Source: an uncultured Gemmatimonadota bacterium
Lineage (GTDB): Bacteria > Blakebacterota > Blakebacteria > Blakebacterales > Blakebacteraceae
Direction: 5' to 3'
Assembly: GCA_964576115.1 (NCBI GenBank)
Contig: CAZNUA010000023.1
Coordinates: 1 to 52,336 of the forward strand
DNA length: 52,336 nucleotides
Positions 23,843 through 33,517 of the stretch are shown here, in pieces; the first letter of the stretch is position 1; each line of letters begins with the position of its first letter. A model generated the notes under the pieces. It saw only the letters and a program-made list of their open reading frames with translations. It had not been told where the DNA came from and searched no databases. The position numbers were made by a program, and so were the translations under genes.

Positions 23843-26146
23843 TCACCGCCCTGTATTCTGCAGGTTCTTGCCGAACTTGGGCCACGATGAAGATGCCGGT
23901 CCTGAGATGAGAGCTTCGATAGCAATCAACTCACCCTCAGACACGAAATACACAGTATTTTGTCCTGCCGTGAGCCCTTCCACCCAGGGGTAATAGTCAC
24001 TGGCCTCCCGTTCGACATATCCAATCAGTATGCCATCTGGTGAATAGGCATACAGATCGGTTTCCCCGAGAATGATGACATCGTTTCCCTCGGATCGTTC
24101 ACAGACAAGAGGAGTGCATTCCATTTCATTATGGCTTGGATTTGACACCTGTATCATCCAACGATTATTCCCCCCTGCGGAAATGGCCAGTAAGCGTCCT
24201 GATTTGCAGGCCATATAGATCGTATGATCGCTTCCGATAACTGGTGTGATGAAATCAACTGCAGTAGGCATCGAGGCGGACCAGAGAAGCTGTCCGTCAG
24301 GTGAGAAAGCATACAGGTCCGTATCATTACTCCCGATGTATATCGTACCATCTGATGCAATTGCTGGCGTGGAAAAGATCTCTCCTCCTGTTTTATAGCG
24401 CCATTTCCGGGTTCCGTCTGGATTTAGAGCATAGATGTACATATCGCGCGATCCGAAATAGATCGTACCGTCGGATGCTATGGCAGGCGTGCCGGAGATA
24501 TACTTCCCGGTCCTGTGTTTCCACTTGACGCTGCCATCGCTATTCAGCGCGTATAACGTGTCGTTGTTCCCACTTGCATACACGGTACCATCGGCGGCAA
24601 TTGCCGCTGAAGCATCGACAGCGTGATACCCCGGTGGAGCCTGAAAGCTCCAATCGACAGATCCAGTACTTTCATCAAGCGCGAATATCTTGCCCGCAGT
24701 CCCGCCGACATAAACCGTTCCGTCATCAGACAGAACTGGTGACGAGTAATACCCTATGCTTTCCACAGTTTGCCAGATCTGAACACCGCTCGAGCTGATG
24801 GCTCTCACCGGCTGGCTTACGGTGCTGACGTATATGTTCCCGGAAACATCGATGGCGGGGCAGAGGTGCTGTACTTCGCCAATAGCCAGAGACCACTTCA
24901 CCGCTCCGAAAATCTGAGCATCGATCTCGACCTGTGCAGACGCTGTTGCTGACTGGCCGTTGGGATCCCTTATCCCGAGAGTTACCGTCCTCATCCCTTC
25001 GGTATCGAGATTGGTCTCATACGTCTTCTCCGTCATCCAATCCGTATCCCAGACACCGTCACTCTCCCAGTCCCAGCGTACCAGCAGATCGGCCAGAGGT
25101 GACTCCTCATCACTACTGGTTGACGCGTCGAACAGGATCGGTGTCACTGTCGTTGCACCATCGCTTGGAGAGAAAGTGAACGCACCGACCGGAGGTGCAT
25201 TGGTAACCGTGATGGACCGTGACGTCGTGTCCTGACAGGCATCGCTGTCTTCCACCAGCAAGATGATCGTATAGTTGCCCTCAAGGGGATATTGATGAGT
25301 ATTGATCTTTGACGTCGAAAAGGGCGTATCCCAGGTTCCGTCACTGTTCCAGTCCCAGCGGATCCTGAGTTGTGACGTGGAATCCTGCAGATCGCTGGAT
25401 CCTGAGGCATCAAATACAAAGGTCGTAACGATGCTTCCTTCTGTCGGTGTAACGGTAAAGGAAGCCTCCGGGGGATCATTGTGGGAACTGACACGCAATT
25501 CCCTGACAGCTGTGTTGGTAAGACCCCGCGTATCACGCAGTTGCAGGCCGACGTTATATGTGCCGGTCTCGGTGTACTGGTGGTTTTCTGTCTTCGTGAC
25601 GAACCAATCCGTATCCCAGTCCCCATCACCATCCCAATCCCAGCGGACAGAGAGCGAATCGGCCGGCAATTCCGGATGAGTGCAGCCGCTGGCATCGAAA
25701 TGAAAGAGAGTGTCCACGCTCCCGGTAAAAGGAGTGATGATGAATGAGGCCGACGGCACCACGCCGACGCGAATCGAATCCGTGGCCATACTGCTGCTCT
25801 TCCAGGAATCGCGCACTTCAAGAGCGACGGTGTGTGTACCGAAGGTATCGAACTTTCGCTGTCTGACCTTCACGCTCCCCCAGAGCGTGTCCCACACGCC
25901 GTCGCTGTCCCAGTCCCAGCGCACCTGCAGGTAGCAGCCTTTCTCTTCCGGATCTTCCGAGGGGCGGGCATCGAAGACGAAGACGGTGTCGGGCGTGCCG
26001 ACCGAGGGGGTAACGGTGAAAGCGGCGACCGGCGGTTTGTTGTCCGGTTCGGTGGTACAGGCCTCTGCGATGAATATCAGCAGCAGGCATATCGCGAGCG
26101 GAACGAAGACGTAACGTCCGTGACGACCTGGCCGATTGTCTGTCAT
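23843..26146 (-). CDS. Secreted protein with four PKD domains and a PQQ-like (BamB-type) beta-propeller
   Basis: Four RWDW.sDG.WDT repeats, SSPVLSDDGTVYVG / TPAIASDGTIY repeats, C-terminal SSWPKFGKNLQNTG. Confidence 0.88.
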   Translation of the reverse strand: MTDNRPGRHGRYVFVPLAICLLLIFIAEACTTEPDNKPPVAAFTVTPSVGTPDTVFVFDARPSEDPEEKGCYLQVRWDWDSDGVWDTLWGSVKVRQRKFDTFGTHTVALEVRDSWKSSSMATDSIRVGVVPSASFIITPFTGSVDTLFHFDASGCTHPELPADSLSVRWDWDGDGDWDTDWFVTKTENHQYTETGTYNVGLQLRDTRGLTNTAVRELRVSSHNDPPEASFTVTPTEGSIVTTFVFDASGSSDLQDSTSQLRIRWDWNSDGTWDTPFSTSKINTHQYPLEGNYTIILLVEDSDACQDTTSRSITVTNAPPVGAFTFSPSDGATTVTPILFDASTSSDEESPLADLLVRWDWESDGVWDTDWMTEKTYETNLDTEGMRTVTLGIRDPNGQSATASAQVEIDAQIFGAVKWSLAIGEVQHLCPAIDVSGNIYVSTVSQPVRAISSSGVQIWQTVESIGYYSSPVLSDDGTVYVGGTAGKIFALDESTGSVDWSFQAPPGYHAVDASAAIAADGTVYASGNNDTLYALNSDGSVKWKHRTGKYISGTPAIASDGTIYFGSRDMYIYALNPDGTRKWRYKTGGEIFSTPAIASDGTIYIGSNDTDLYAFSPDGQLLWSASMPTAVDFITPVIGSDHTIYMACKSGRLLAISAGGNNRWMIQVSNPSHNEMECTPLVCERSEGNDVIILGETDLYAYSPDGILIGYVEREASDYYPWVEGLTAGQNTVYFVSEGELIAIEALISGPASSSWPKFGKNLQNTGR

Positions 26147-26649
26147 GACCCGTCATCCTTCTCGACGTTCCACTCCAGATCGAGATAGCCCGTTTCATCG
26201 GACAGGCGCAGGTACCCATTCCCGAGACCGGTCCCGATCTCGAGCTGGCCGAAGGCTTCTCCCCGGCCGGCGTAGCCTGTCCAGCCGATGGCAGTCGCAT
26301 TGATCCAGTAATACCGATCGTACACAAACTCTCCTTCACCGCTGATCGCTCCTTCGGGATCGATCTCACCGCGGAAGGTCAGAGTCATGTATACCGGCAG
26401 ATTATCGATGTCATACCACATGTATCCGGTCGCGCTGACGACCCCGCCTGCCTGAACGGTCAGCGTGAAACTCTCGTCCTTCATCCGGGTAGTGAAGGGA
26501 TCGACGATCGTCCCGATCCAGGTACCGACGAGGGGGTCGCTCTTGGGCGCGGTCGGAGCCTCTGCCGTACAGGCCGCCAGCAGGGTCAGAGAGACCGTGC
26601 AGAACACACGTCCGATCAGCGGCACGATCCCTCGTCTACCCCTCATCAT
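26143..26649 (-). CDS. Hypothetical lipoprotein (paralog of 26646-27113)
   Basis: LLAAC lipobox, GTWIG, GYAGRGEAFGQL, 4-nt overlaps with both neighbours. Confidence 0.7.
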   Translation of the reverse strand: MMRGRRGIVPLIGRVFCTVSLTLLAACTAEAPTAPKSDPLVGTWIGTIVDPFTTRMKDESFTLTVQAGGVVSATGYMWYDIDNLPVYMTLTFRGEIDPEGAISGEGEFVYDRYYWINATAIGWTGYAGRGEAFGQLEIGTGLGNGYLRLSDETGYLDLEWNVEKDDGS

Positions 26650-27113
26650 TCACGCTCCACCTGCCAGGGGAAGTGCCAGATCATACCGTTCAAATCGACG
26701 ATCAGATTCCCCGAGCCCCGCCCGGTCCGGGCGTCGAGCTGACCGATCACTTCGCCTCTGCCGCTGTAACCGAACACCGGGGTCAAAGAAGAAGACATCT
26801 TGCCGGTGCCGTAGACCGCCCCATCGGGCATGACCATGAGGGTCAGTTGTATCGAACAGCTGCGGCGGCCGTCGGCGAAAACTTCGTCTTTGGAACCTGA
26901 GGCGGAGGCACTCCCGTCAGAAGCGATATTCAGGGTGAAATCGCTGCCGTCGGGTAAGCCGTGCATGAACAAAGCCGGCGTGTCCTTCCAGAATCCGGTC
27001 CAGGTTCCGGCATAGCGGAACTCGGGCGAGGTCGGAGCCTCGCTGCAGGCGCCGAGCAACAGCAGGCCGAAAAGTACTGATGCGAGAACCACATGACGGC
27101 GGTTCCGATACAT
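26646..27113 (-). CDS. Hypothetical lipoprotein (paralog of 26143-26649)
   Basis: LLGAC lipobox, GTWTG, GYSGRGEVIGQL. Confidence 0.7.
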   Translation of the reverse strand: MYRNRRHVVLASVLFGLLLLGACSEAPTSPEFRYAGTWTGFWKDTPALFMHGLPDGSDFTLNIASDGSASASGSKDEVFADGRRSCSIQLTLMVMPDGAVYGTGKMSSSLTPVFGYSGRGEVIGQLDARTGRGSGNLIVDLNGMIWHFPWQVERE

Positions 27114-27282
27114 GCCGTTGCTCCCGATACGGGTGCGATACAGTCTAGCGATATCTGTCGGCAGAGCGCTGGCAGGCGCTGAGTACTACGGGGAATTGTA
27201 GCCGGGACGATTACAGTGTCAAGACAAACGGACGTCGATTAATCGAATAAGAGATCGAAGAGTTGCAGCCGGTACGGACGTT

Positions 27283-27516
27283 CTATTTTGAGGAATCCCC
27301 GGTCCCCTCTTTCTCGACTACCTCGATGGCGAAGTCGGGGCAGAGCATCTCGCAGAGCAGGCAGCCGACGCAGTCTTCGGGCCGGGCCGCCACGGCCACG
27401 AGCCCGTCCATTTCGAGAACGCCGGGCTTGCAGACCTCGACACAGACTTCACAACCCTTGCACCATTCCTGATTGATCGTGATTTCCCAGGAAGCTCGTG
27501 CGGTCCTCGTGGCCAT
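27283..27516 (-). CDS. 2x[4Fe-4S] ferredoxin (KorD/delta-subunit-like)
   Basis: [12 protein letters not shown] and [24 protein letters not shown]. Confidence 0.9.
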   Translation of the reverse strand: MATRTARASWEITINQEWCKGCEVCVEVCKPGVLEMDGLVAVAARPEDCVGCLLCEMLCPDFAIEVVEKEGTGDSSK

Positions 27517-27588
27517 CGTTGTAACTCCTGTCTGAAATCGTCCGCAGGCAATATGGAAAGCCGCCCGGGACCGGGACAGGCGAAAATG

Positions 27589-27819
27589 TCAGATGTCTTC
27601 GATCGGGCGCCGGAGCGGATTGACCTGGACGTTGAGATTCTCCTCTTCGCCCAGAACCCATTCCAGAGCCTGGATGATCCCCACCGCACCGGCGATGCCG
27701 GTGAAATCGAGGGCTGCGAGGCGACCCTGGCTCAAGCTGGCCGTAGTATCCTCGAGCATGCGCCGAGCGGCGACGAGCTGCTCGCGGACATCCTCTTCGC
27801 TTCTCATAGACATTGACAT
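27589..27819 (-). CDS. Small hypothetical protein
   Basis: GAGGG RBS, MRSEEDVREQL...IIQALEWVLGE helical pattern. Confidence 0.6.
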   Translation of the reverse strand: MSMSMRSEEDVREQLVAARRMLEDTTASLSQGRLAALDFTGIAGAVGIIQALEWVLGEEENLNVQVNPLRRPIEDI

Positions 27820-27855
27820 TCCCTCACGTGGACCGGGTTGGATGTGACACAGCGG

Positions 27856-28041
27856 CTATTCGTAGATCACCAGGCAGATGAGCGTGTATTCGCCGGCCCC
27901 TTCACTCGACCCCCAACCGGTCAGTTCGGTATGCTTGATATTGGGGGGCGGAGAGGTGCTGCGGAGCCAGGCATTCATCTCCTTTTCGAGCCCAACCACA
28001 TTGGCGTTGGCGAATACCTTCGTCTTCTGCAATCCGGGCAT
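27856..28041 (-). CDS. Small hypothetical protein
   Basis: GGAG RBS, MPGLQKTKVF...LEKEMNAWL...CLVIYE. Confidence 0.55.
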   Translation of the reverse strand: MPGLQKTKVFANANVVGLEKEMNAWLRSTSPPPNIKHTELTGWGSSEGAGEYTLICLVIYE

Positions 28042-28145
28042 GGATGACTCCCTGGGCAGGTGCGTGGGATAAATGTGACCCTCTTCCGTCTGACGGCTGC
28101 GAGTATAGTCGGCCCGGCAATCACCGAACAACGCCGAATCCCGTT

Positions 28146-28179
28146 AAAAAACCCGCCCGCTCGGGGGAGCGGGCGGGTT
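28146..28179 (-). terminator. Rho-independent terminator
   Basis: AACCCGCCCGCTC-gggg-GAGCGGGCGGGTT hairpin followed by a U-run on the minus strand. Confidence 0.85.
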
Positions 28180-28237
28180 GGGAGAAACCCGGTCCGGAAC
28201 AGGTCTCGGACCTGTCCGGTTCGATGACGACCGGCCG

Positions 28238-28843
28238 TTACCGGTCGGTGGCGACGTTTATGACCACCCGGCGGTGGTCGAACTTGATGACGGTCCGGTT
28301 GATACCTCCCGGCGGCTCGTAGTAGATCCAGGTGTACTCGGAGCCCATCGGCTTTTCGATCGTCTGCCGGTCGTCGGGGTTGCCCCAGGAGTCGATCACC
28401 ATCTCCATCGTCCAGCTGACCTGGGGGACCGCCTGGGCCATGATAGCGTTGACGATGCGAATGTCGTTGTACTTCTCGAGCAGTTCCTGCTCGCGGGCAA
28501 GATCTTCCTGGCTCATCTGAGCCCGTTCGGCCTCGGGATCGTAGGCCGGGTCGACATCGGTCAGATAGTACCGGTGGGCGTAGTAGCCCTCCTCGGTCTT
28601 GTACCAGTACTTGTTGTACATCTGGTCGACATGGACCTTGATCTCCATGCCGGCCGGGATCGTCGCCATGGTCGTACCGAGCGGGTTGGGCTCGTCGTAC
28701 AGACGCAGGACCATGATCTGGCCGCGGGGAACGACCCACATGTTCACTAGTTCTTCCTGGGCCTGGACGGTCGGAGTGGTGAACGCACCGAGTACAAGGG
28801 CGAGAGCGACCAGCGCCAACGGTGCCGCAAGGAACTTCTTCAT
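28238..28843 (-). CDS. Secreted protein with an SH3b-like N-terminal domain and a BamE/SmpA-like C-terminal motif
   Basis: Signal MKKFLAAP...VQA, LRLYDEP...KYWYK, WTMEMVIDSWGNPD...WIY. Confidence 0.65.
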   Translation of the reverse strand: MKKFLAAPLALVALALVLGAFTTPTVQAQEELVNMWVVPRGQIMVLRLYDEPNPLGTTMATIPAGMEIKVHVDQMYNKYWYKTEEGYYAHRYYLTDVDPAYDPEAERAQMSQEDLAREQELLEKYNDIRIVNAIMAQAVPQVSWTMEMVIDSWGNPDDRQTIEKPMGSEYTWIYYEPPGGINRTVIKFDHRRVVINVATDR

Positions 28844-29065
28844 GCCGGGATTCTCCTCGAACATTGGGTTACCTGAGGCGACGTATCCGCGTCGCGGGCG
28901 GCAGGCAGTACCTGCCGTGTACAGCACTGTAAATTATGATACACCCTTGGCTGTGTCCAGCTTCGAACCCGCCGCTTTTTTCCTGTCTTCACTCATTTGA
29001 CGTACCCGGCAGCCGGCCGTTTAGGCTCTCCATAACCGGCCCTCCGCGCGGGGCGGCTCGAGCCC

Positions 29066-29362
29066 TCACAGATCGAATCGGATCATAAAGCCGGTCTCTT
29101 CCTGTGGCTCGAGATCACCGACCTGTAGATCGGTGATCCGGGCGCCGGGCGGTCCCCGGCGAATATCCGCCAGAAAAGTTTCCACCTCCGGGGTCGGTCC
29201 CTCCACCTCGAGTTCGACCCGCCCGTCGGGGAGATTGCGCACCCACCCGGCCAGGCTGCGGTTGTCGGCCGAGCGCTGGCAGTACCAGCGGAAACCGACT
29301 CCCTGCACCAGACCGTTGACATAGACGTGCCGCCTCGTCTTCCCGGTCGGCTCTGCAGACAT
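29066..29362 (-). CDS. acyP: Acylphosphatase
   Basis: VNGLVQGVGFR, GWVRNLPDGRVE, GPPGAR. Confidence 0.95.
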   Translation of the reverse strand: MSAEPTGKTRRHVYVNGLVQGVGFRWYCQRSADNRSLAGWVRNLPDGRVELEVEGPTPEVETFLADIRRGPPGARITDLQVGDLEPQEETGFMIRFDL

Positions 29363-29549
29363 GAACGTTCCCCCTTCAGCCCCCGGTCGTACCCCGGCCC
29401 GACCCCCGCGCCTTCTCCGGGGCGCTCCCGGCCCGGCCGCACCGCGCACACTACCGATCGGCTCCACTGCTGTCAACCGGGCCCGACACGGTCTTTCACA
29501 TCCACCGCAGAAGACGTATCGTACGGTCCTGCAGTGAAAGGAGACGGCC

Positions 29550-30662
29550 ATGGCGAACGGTTCCAAAACTGAAACCAGCCCGGTGAAAGGGCACCGCTTG
29601 CTGCCGATCCTGGCGGTTCTGCTCCTGTGCACTCCCGGCGGCACTGCGTCGCTGACGGCCCAGCAGTCAACCGGTGTCCCGGTCATCTCGGGTTTCATCC
29701 AGGCGGGAGCGAGCACCGATCTCGTTGCCGAATCCTATGGCTGGCTGCCGACCATGCCGGCTGCCGGAGCCGGAACGAGTTTTCACCTGCGCCAGGCCCG
29801 CCTCTACCTGCAGGGTTCGTTCGATTCCGGTCCGGGGTACGTGATCAAAACCAATCTGGTCGGCGGCTTTGCACTCCTGAACGCGTATGTGCGCTGGCAG
29901 AGCCCGGCGGGATTCGAGCTGCGGGCCGGCAAGGTACTCAAACCGTTCAGCCGGGAGCGGCTACACCCGGCTCACCGCCTGCTGACCCTGAACCGCAGCC
30001 TGAGTTCCCTGCGAACCGTGAAAGCGCTGGGGTACGGGGATTACGACACCGGCGTGATGGTGATCGCCACCCCGGGGCCGGTCCTGCAGGCCGGGCTCTT
30101 CAACGGCAGTGCTGAGGCGGCCCGGGAACGCGGCGATGCCGACAGCGGCAAGAACCTCGTGGCCCGGATCGCCCTGCCCCTCGGCGATATCCTCTCCGTG
30201 ACCGGCCTCGAAATCGCAGGCAATGTGAGCCTGCTCCACCTGGGACCGCCCCTGCCCTCCGCGGGGCGCGAGAACCTGGCCTGGGGACTCGATGCCGCCG
30301 GACGGGTTGCCGGAGCCCGGATCGAGGTCGAGATGCTCTGCGCCGAGAACTGGTCCCTCTTTGATGCCAGCTCGGGACGCAGCCCCAGGACCTGGACGGC
30401 GATTGTCACCGGCGCACTTCCCCTGCTCCGACGGGCCGGAACAGTTCCGGGCGAACTGGCCCTGCGGATCGAACGTTTCGACCCGAGTGACGCGATCGAG
30501 CAGGATGAGATGTATCTCGTGACGCCCAATCTCAACCTGACTCTCACGCCGACCTCCCGCCTGCAAGCCGGGCTGCAGTACGAGATCCCGAACGCCCCGG
30601 ACACCGAGAACGCCCTGAGTCTCGCCCTGCTCTGGCAGGTCGATTTCTTCCCTCAACCCTGA
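29550..30662 (+). CDS. Outer-membrane porin (phosphate-selective porin O/P-like)
   Basis: FHLRQARLYLQG, LLNAYV, LRAGK...PFSRE, GLFNG, C-terminal WQVDF. Confidence 0.75.
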   Translation: MANGSKTETSPVKGHRLLPILAVLLLCTPGGTASLTAQQSTGVPVISGFIQAGASTDLVAESYGWLPTMPAAGAGTSFHLRQARLYLQGSFDSGPGYVIKTNLVGGFALLNAYVRWQSPAGFELRAGKVLKPFSRERLHPAHRLLTLNRSLSSLRTVKALGYGDYDTGVMVIATPGPVLQAGLFNGSAEAARERGDADSGKNLVARIALPLGDILSVTGLEIAGNVSLLHLGPPLPSAGRENLAWGLDAAGRVAGARIEVEMLCAENWSLFDASSGRSPRTWTAIVTGALPLLRRAGTVPGELALRIERFDPSDAIEQDEMYLVTPNLNLTLTPTSRLQAGLQYEIPNAPDTENALSLALLWQVDFFPQP

Positions 30663-30683
30663 ATCCGAGGAGCCGACCGGACC

Positions 30684-31307
30684 GTGGGCATATTCGACCG
30701 TCTTTTCCGACGTCGCCGGGTGAGCCGTGAAAACCTGGCCTCGCTGGGCAACGAAGACATTCGGAACATCGTCGCCGAAAGCCTGGAGGCAACCGAAGCC
30801 ACCCACGATCTGGTCGAACAGGCCCGCCAGGCGCTCGAACGCGCCCGCGACCTGATGCGGCAGGGTCTGTATGAAGAGTCTCTCGAACGATTCCGTGAGT
30901 CCCTGACAGCCTGGGAAAAACAGTCGGCTCTGTGCCGCGAGCAGGGGCTGCGCGACCTGTGGCTCGAGATGCCCGAGAAGGTGGCCCGGGAGTTCGAAGC
31001 GGTGCGGATCGCCTACCTCGACATCCTCGAGCCCGAATCCTTCCGCTTCCTGGCCCGTCGGGCGGGATTGATTCGCCGCCTGCTGGACGAATTGCTCGCT
31101 CTGGGACGTCAGCCCGAGGGTGCGCCCGAAAAAACGATCTACGAGTCTTTCCCCGCCCATCAGCGGGAAGAAATCCGCAACCTCATCTTTCAGGCTCAGC
31201 GGCGGGGTTGGCTCAAACGGGAGAAAGTCGGCGGGCGATATGCTCTGCGGACCGCTCCGGACGCTCCCGGTGCGATCCCCGCAGCAGATTCTCAGGACGA
31301 CACGTAG
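30684..31307 (+). CDS. Hypothetical protein (helical N-terminus, winged-helix-like C-terminus)
   Basis: GAGGAG RBS and GTG start. C-terminal EEIRNLIFQAQRRGWLKREKVGGRYAL. Confidence 0.65.
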   Translation: MGIFDRLFRRRRVSRENLASLGNEDIRNIVAESLEATEATHDLVEQARQALERARDLMRQGLYEESLERFRESLTAWEKQSALCREQGLRDLWLEMPEKVAREFEAVRIAYLDILEPESFRFLARRAGLIRRLLDELLALGRQPEGAPEKTIYESFPAHQREEIRNLIFQAQRRGWLKREKVGGRYALRTAPDAPGAIPAADSQDDT

Positions 31308-32146
31308 GTGATGACGACGTCCCGGCCGGCGTCCTTGGCCTGATAGAGCGCCGTGTCGGCCGCGCTCACTGCTTCGGCCGGCGTATTCATACCCGCCGTG
31401 TACTCGGCCACCCCGATCGACACCGAAACACCGAAGACGGCGTCTTCGGATGTGCTGGCACCCTTGCGCAGGCGTAGAACTTCGTCGTCCCCGATGACCT
31501 GAAACCGCATGTCCGCAATCCGCTCGCGGATCCGTTCGGCCGTGGCGGCGGCACCCTGTAGACCGGTGGAGGGGAGCACGCAGAGGAACTCGTCCCCGCC
31601 GTATCGCCCGACAATATCGATCTGCCGCATACCGTCGCGCAGGTCGGCGGCGATTTCCCGCAGCACAGTGTCACCGGTGCTGTGCAGGTAGGTGTCGTTG
31701 ATCCACTTCAGGTTATCGAGGTCCACCATCGCCACGCTCAGGGCAAAACCGAACCGCCGGGCTTTCCAGGCCTCCTCGTCGAGCAGCTGCAGTATGGCAC
31801 GGCGATTGTACAGTCCGGTCAACTCATCTATGTTGGCCAGCTGTTCGAGCTGATCGAGCCGCATGATGTCGTGGATGGTGCGGTACGCAAAGCGGACCAC
31901 CAGGAGCATGAAGAGGCTGGCCAGGAAAAAGACCTCGGCCACCACCAGATCCTTGCTGACCTCCACTCCCGAAACCAGGGAATAGAAGTAGACCGCGTAG
32001 CTGATGGCGAAGAAACCCATGAGGTTGCGCAATGACGGCCACGGAGGCCGGTCACGCAGGATTCCGATCAGGCGCTGGGTGCGCCACATGGCCGCTATCA
32101 GAACGCCAAAGCCCACGGCGATGAGAAGCGCTGCAGTCAGTTCCAC
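31292..32146 (-). CDS. Membrane-bound diguanylate cyclase
   Basis: Three TM helices, DELTGLYNRR, DLDNLKWIND, RQID I-site, RYGGDEF, ADTALYQAK. Confidence 0.93.
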   Translation of the reverse strand: MELTAALLIAVGFGVLIAAMWRTQRLIGILRDRPPWPSLRNLMGFFAISYAVYFYSLVSGVEVSKDLVVAEVFFLASLFMLLVVRFAYRTIHDIMRLDQLEQLANIDELTGLYNRRAILQLLDEEAWKARRFGFALSVAMVDLDNLKWINDTYLHSTGDTVLREIAADLRDGMRQIDIVGRYGGDEFLCVLPSTGLQGAAATAERIRERIADMRFQVIGDDEVLRLRKGASTSEDAVFGVSVSIGVAEYTAGMNTPAEAVSAADTALYQAKDAGRDVVITYVSS

Positions 32147-32384
32147 GTTGTGTTCCTCTCACCGGTGTCGACACATCCGGGCCTCATACTACGAAGATGT
32201 GTCAAACGGCACCCGTAAATATATGAGTTTACATCTTCGATACGACGTCTATTCACGGCCCTCTGGAACTTGTGCCCGCATGCCTCGGATCACGCCGAAA
32301 CCGGCCGGAGCGGACTCGTCGCGCCCGACCGGGCACCGACCCGCCCGGCCTCTAAAAAAGTACCTATTTCAGGCCGGAAACCGT

Positions 32385-32414
32385 TTGACTCGCTTGCGCC
32401 CCCTCACGTAAGGT
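32385..32414 (+). promoter_or_regulatory. Candidate sigma70 promoter for the marR-kor-hdr operon
   Basis: TTGACT-N18-TAAGGT immediately upstream of the palindromic operator. Confidence 0.4.
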
Positions 32415-32422
32415 CGCCGCAG

Positions 32423-32456
32423 GTAGTTAACCCGGTTAACTACTAACCGGGTTAAC
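32423..32456. promoter_or_regulatory. Nested inverted repeats, candidate MarR operator
   Basis: GTAGTTAAC-ccg-GTTAACTAC (32423-32443) overlapping GTTAACCCGGTTA-actac-TAACCGGGTTAAC (32426-32456). Confidence 0.7.
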
Positions 32457-32520
32457 CATACGGCTGTCAACGCGCAGAAATACAGGTTTTCTGCGACTGC
32501 ATCAAAGAGCTGGGATCGGC

Positions 32521-33144
32521 ATGGACTACCTCAGCCTGTTGCGTAACAGCCACATCTTCGCGGCTGCGGTGCGCGAAGTGCTGGAAGAGAAGTTCCTGGA
32601 GGAAACCACTCCCTCCCCCCTCTCCCTATCCCAGTTTCATCTGCTCAAACTGCTCTCGATCCGGAGTTCCCACCATGTCAGGGAAGTCGCCGATTTCCTG
32701 GGCATGAGCACCGCCGCGGCCTCGAAAAATATCACCAAACTCGAAGGGCTCGGCCTGCTCGAGCGCAACCGTTCCGAAGGCGACCGGCGGGCGATGGAGC
32801 TCTCGATCACACCCAAGGGGCGGCGTACGGTACTGTCGTACGAGGAACTCAAGGCAGCCCGGCTCTATCCGCTGCTGAGCGAATTCAGCGAACCAGAGAT
32901 TGAAGAGTTCACCCGGCTCCTCGAACAGTTCTCGGTCCGGCTTTACGAGCTGGAACTGGAGAATGGCGGGGAACCGCAAAACGGTACCTGCCTGCGCTGC
33001 GCTGCGTACCTGGATAGTACCTGCCCGGTGGGAGATCTCCTGGGTGGGTGTCCGTATCAGAAAGTACTGCAGACCGGTCCTCCGGCCGCAAACCCCGGAA
33101 GGGCCGAAAACAGCCCGGGCCACATTGCGGACACTGTCACCTGA
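32521..33144 (+). CDS. MarR-family regulator with a C-terminal four-Cys motif
   Basis: LSLSQFHLL, VREVADFLGMSTAAASKNITKLEGLGLLER..DRR, then CLRC-x7-C-x8-CPY. Confidence 0.9.
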   Translation: MDYLSLLRNSHIFAAAVREVLEEKFLEETTPSPLSLSQFHLLKLLSIRSSHHVREVADFLGMSTAAASKNITKLEGLGLLERNRSEGDRRAMELSITPKGRRTVLSYEELKAARLYPLLSEFSEPEIEEFTRLLEQFSVRLYELELENGGEPQNGTCLRCAAYLDSTCPVGDLLGGCPYQKVLQTGPPAANPGRAENSPGHIADTVT

Positions 33145-33160
33145 TGACGGGAAGAGTCTG

Positions 33161-33517
33161 ATGAAGTACTGGCGTACACCTCTCGACCTCGACAAGGTCA
33201 CCATTCCGCACGGGGAAGTACTCATTATCGAAGACCGCTGCAAGGGGTGCGGCTTTTGTGTCGAGTACTGCCCCAAAGGGGTACTGGCCCTGTCGGAACG
33301 ATTCAATAAGAAGGGATATCACCCCCCGGAGGTCATCAAGACGGGTGAGTGCGTCAACTGCAACCTCTGCGAGATGATCTGCCCCGATTTCGCGATCTTC
33401 AGCCAGGCGCTGCCCGATCAGGTGGTTGCCGAGTTGCAGGACCAGATCGACGCCAGGGGGGGCGGAGAAAAGACCGAGGCAACGGCGGAGGAGAAGGAGG
33501 ATACCAGTGAAAGCTGA
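33161..33517 (+). CDS. korD: 2-oxoacid:ferredoxin oxidoreductase delta (ferredoxin) subunit
   Basis: CKGCGFCVEYCP, NKKGYHPP, CVNCNLCEMICPDFAI. Confidence 0.9.
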   Translation: MKYWRTPLDLDKVTIPHGEVLIIEDRCKGCGFCVEYCPKGVLALSERFNKKGYHPPEVIKTGECVNCNLCEMICPDFAIFSQALPDQVVAELQDQIDARGGGEKTEATAEEKEDTSES

